Assembly: GCA_963726195.1 (NCBI GenBank)
Contig: CAVSBO010000008.1
Location: 112,276-176,275 of the forward strand
Direction of reading: 5' to 3'
Source of the DNA: Candidatus Thorarchaeota archaeon
Lineage (GTDB): Archaea; Asgardarchaeota; Thorarchaeia; Thorarchaeales; Thorarchaeaceae
DNA length: 64,000 bases
The notes below the pieces were generated by a model. The model searched no databases. It saw nothing but the letters and a program-made list of their open reading frames with translations, and was not told the DNA's origin. Below are positions 61,428-64,000 of the stretch, in pieces (position 1 is the stretch's first letter; each line of letters begins with the position of its first letter). The position numbers were made by a program, and so were the translations under genes.

Positions 61428-62654
61428 TCACTTCTTGAGATACATCTCTAGTTCATCAAGTTCGATTTGACATAGGTAGATTTGCCTGTACATCTTGAAT
61501 CCGAGTCGTCTGTTGATATCCAACATTGGTTCATTCGACGTGGCATTCCCTGTCTGAATCGAAGTCACGGTAGGGAACTCTTTCTTGACCTTGAGAAGAA
61601 CCGCACCCTTGAGCCACTTGCCAAGTCCCTTCCCACGGTATTTCTCTTGAACTCCTGTCAACCACTGGTTTAGGATTGATGGCCGAACAGGGAGCCAAGC
61701 AACGTCGGTCAAACCGGAAATGTCCCCGTTCTTCTCTATCGTCAAGGCAGCAAGATATTTCATTCCTGCTTCAGCAAGCTTCTCCATTCTGTTTCTCCAA
61801 GATTCGGGAGTGACGATCTCATCGCCGACCTTCAGCTGTTCGCGTGGGGCCTGATTCCCTACCTCGGTGTATACATCGCAGTATTGCCCAAGTATCGTAT
61901 CAGGAATCGAGTGAAAGAACACGATGCGCGTCCCGGGAGATCGTTTCGGACCTTCCTTAACCCATGCTTTGACCATGTCCCAGTCCACGCTATCCAGATT
62001 GAGACGGTTATCCTGCATTGCAAGGGCCTCTTTCCCACCAATGCTACGAACGAGGACGCGCCCAGCCTCATTCATGATTTGCCCTACAATTGATTGTCGT
62101 CCTCTTTCCCTCACTTCATCATATAGCACTGACAGAAGCTTGGCTGCTATTCCCCTCCTACGATATTCTCTGCGCACCGAGAACATGGGCATGTTGCAGA
62201 TGTGTTCGTTACCTTTGTAGGATGGAGAAGAGTCCTTCCAAAACAACAGTCGGAAGAATCCCGCGATTTTCTCGTTTTGTTCAGCATCTACAGCCTCGTA
62301 AGCAACTAGGTCATTTTCTGCTGAGTCCGCTTGCATTGCAGACTCCCATGTTTTCCTATCCATCGGGGGGTCCCCGGGCCAGAACTCCTTGGAGTATTCT
62401 GCCAGAAAATCCCCAAATCTCGACCAATCATTCGTTGACTCATGAACTATGTCGTACGGACGTATCTCAATATCCAATCTGCATTCAACCTCCGGACCAC
62501 TGGTTATGGCGAAACTGTCAATCAATGGGTTCGCCACTAGATAAATAGTGCGGGCGAGGACTGAATCTGAGCGACAGAAGCTTGAGACGTCCCGCTTTTC
62601 GACCCTCATCATCACCCTAGAAGCGACATAATGCTCTTTAGGACCTTCAGACAC
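61428..62654 (-). CDS. Tandem GNAT-domain acetyltransferase
   Basis: There are two acetyltransferase cores: ...RREYRRRGIAAKLL and ...KYRGKGLGKWLK. Confidence 0.6.
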   Translation of the reverse strand: MSEGPKEHYVASRVMMRVEKRDVSSFCRSDSVLARTIYLVANPLIDSFAITSGPEVECRLDIEIRPYDIVHESTNDWSRFGDFLAEYSKEFWPGDPPMDRKTWESAMQADSAENDLVAYEAVDAEQNEKIAGFFRLLFWKDSSPSYKGNEHICNMPMFSVRREYRRRGIAAKLLSVLYDEVRERGRQSIVGQIMNEAGRVLVRSIGGKEALAMQDNRLNLDSVDWDMVKAWVKEGPKRSPGTRIVFFHSIPDTILGQYCDVYTEVGNQAPREQLKVGDEIVTPESWRNRMEKLAEAGMKYLAALTIEKNGDISGLTDVAWLPVRPSILNQWLTGVQEKYRGKGLGKWLKGAVLLKVKKEFPTVTSIQTGNATSNEPMLDINRRLGFKMYRQIYLCQIELDELEMYLKK

Positions 62655-62656
62655 CG

Positions 62657-63953
62657 TTGAGCATTCGTACAGGGGGTAGCTGTTTGCCTGACAAGCGACT
62701 CGTTCTGAACAACGTCACTTATTTTGATGCTATTCACGGGAAGATGGAAGCAGACAAGAGCATTGTACTTGCCAATGGGAAGATTGACTGGATTGGCGAA
62801 TCGTCGTCCTTTGACAAAGAAGAGAATGATCAAGTACTGGATCTCGATGGCAAGTATGCTCTTCCAGGTCTGATTGACTGCCATGTGCATTTGGAAATGG
62901 CAACGTCAATCAACCAAGAACGGGTATATCTGACCACACCCACGTTCTACTACGGTTACCTGGCGCTGAAGCATGCGCAGGACCATCTGAGAGCAGGCTT
63001 CACAACGTTGAGGGATTGTGGTGGAGAGAAATGGGGGTCGTCCTTGAAGAAGGCGATTTCTGCTGGACTCTTCAAGGGACCGAGAATCCTTGTTGCTCAG
63101 TATGGAATTTCACAGTATGGGAATCAAGACATGATGCTGCCTAATGAGCTGCTAGAAGCCTTCTCAAAGAACAGAGAGTTCTCAACCCCAAGTGGCGTCG
63201 ATGGTGTGATTCAAGCTGTTCGAGACAGGGTGGTTGTGGGTTCAGATTTCATAAAGACGTTCACAACGGGCGGAATTATGCACGGGGCGAAATCGAAAGT
63301 CGATAAGACCCTCTTCAATGAGGACGAGCTGAAGGCAATGGTCCAAGAGGCTCATAGAAACAACATGCATGTAGCCAGTCACGCTCACGGAGATGCCGGG
63401 ATTCGCTTGGCGGTTGACGCGGGAATCGATACGATTGAACACGGTAGCATGGTCTCTGACGAAACGGCAAAGGTCATGATTAGGAAAGGAACCTACCTTG
63501 TACCGACGCATAGAGCATATGCTGAACTACATGATTCCGACATCATGTCAAAGCTTGAACCTGAGGTAGTGACGAAACTTAACCAAGTCTTTGACGTGAT
63601 GCTAGACTGCCACAGGATGGCATTCAAGAAGGGAGTAAGGTTCGCACTGGGAACCGATTCAGTTGGTGACGCAGCTCCTCATGGGACCTCCGCAAAGGAG
63701 ATTGCTCTAATGATGACGGAGGTTGGTATGAGTGCAGTCCAAGCATTGCAGTGTGCAACTATAGAAGCAGCTGAAAGCGATCAAGCTTGGAGACGAGATA
63801 GGGTCCATTGAAACTGGAAAGGCTGGTGATATCATCGTGGTGAACTCCAACCCGTTGGAGGATGTAACCGTTCTGCAGGACTTGACCAACATCGAGTATG
63901 TGATCAAGGATGCCCAGATTGGTGCAACAAGGGGTAGTCTGGTCGGGCTTTAG
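62657..63953 (+). pseudogene. Amidohydrolase-family metal-dependent hydrolase, frameshifted near 63780
   Basis: GLIDCHVHLE is the metal-binding HxH motif, and the family blocks run through to ...ATIEAAES. The canonical C-terminal block (IGSIETGKAGDIIVVNSNPLEDV...) is in another frame (63786..63953). Confidence 0.75.
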
Positions 63954-64000
63954 AAGTGGCATTCCCGTTAAGATGTTTCGACCATGTGAGTTTGTAGCAC

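Overview
This 64 kb window is archaeal-looking, with about 50% GC. The gene content points that way: tungsten-type aldehyde:ferredoxin oxidoreductases, a non-pyrrolysine MttB-family methyltransferase, TrpB2, the PF02697 VapB antitoxin, UPF0175, HTH_10 and LRR proteins. It is most likely an uncultivated archaeon (Asgard- or Bathyarchaeia-like MAG), but this cannot be proven from sequence alone.

The window is a patchwork of metabolic genes and an accessory-like half:
- Metabolic genes: two AOR paralogs, one with a ferredoxin partner; an MttB-family methyltransferase plus a radical SAM protein; TrpB2, MsrA, a nitroreductase, a Gfo/Idh/MocA oxidoreductase and an M3 oligoendopeptidase.
- Regulator/membrane modules: ArsR with a DUF4097-like protein and paralogous membrane proteins; PadR with a HAAS-like membrane protein; an HTH_10 regulator.
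- Surface proteins: two beta-helix paralogs, two glycoprotein-like ORFs, and LRR–zinc-ribbon proteins.
- Accessory-like half (about 36–60 kb): a VapB antitoxin with a truncated VapC; an SF1 helicase fused to a Vsr/DUF559-like nuclease next to an unknown 385-aa protein; 82-bp direct repeats; a duplicated helicase C-terminal fragment; a GIY-YIG nuclease; and a decayed LRR paralog.

Four sequence-level anomalies stand out:
- A 1531-nt poly-T run followed directly by a 47-nt poly-C run (2525–4102). This is almost certainly an artefact or masked region, and every ORF called across it is spurious.
- An orphan, stop-interrupted type I R-M specificity (HsdS-like) gene sits just downstream of that tract.
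- A structured element of about 225 bp occurs twice (14741–14966 and 46165–46390). The two copies are about 90% identical, and the substitutions sit in predicted hairpin loops, which makes it a candidate ncRNA family.
- At least nine genes are split across reading frames. This points either to an indel-prone assembly or to extensive pseudogenisation.

No rRNA, tRNA or CRISPR array could be recognised by eye.
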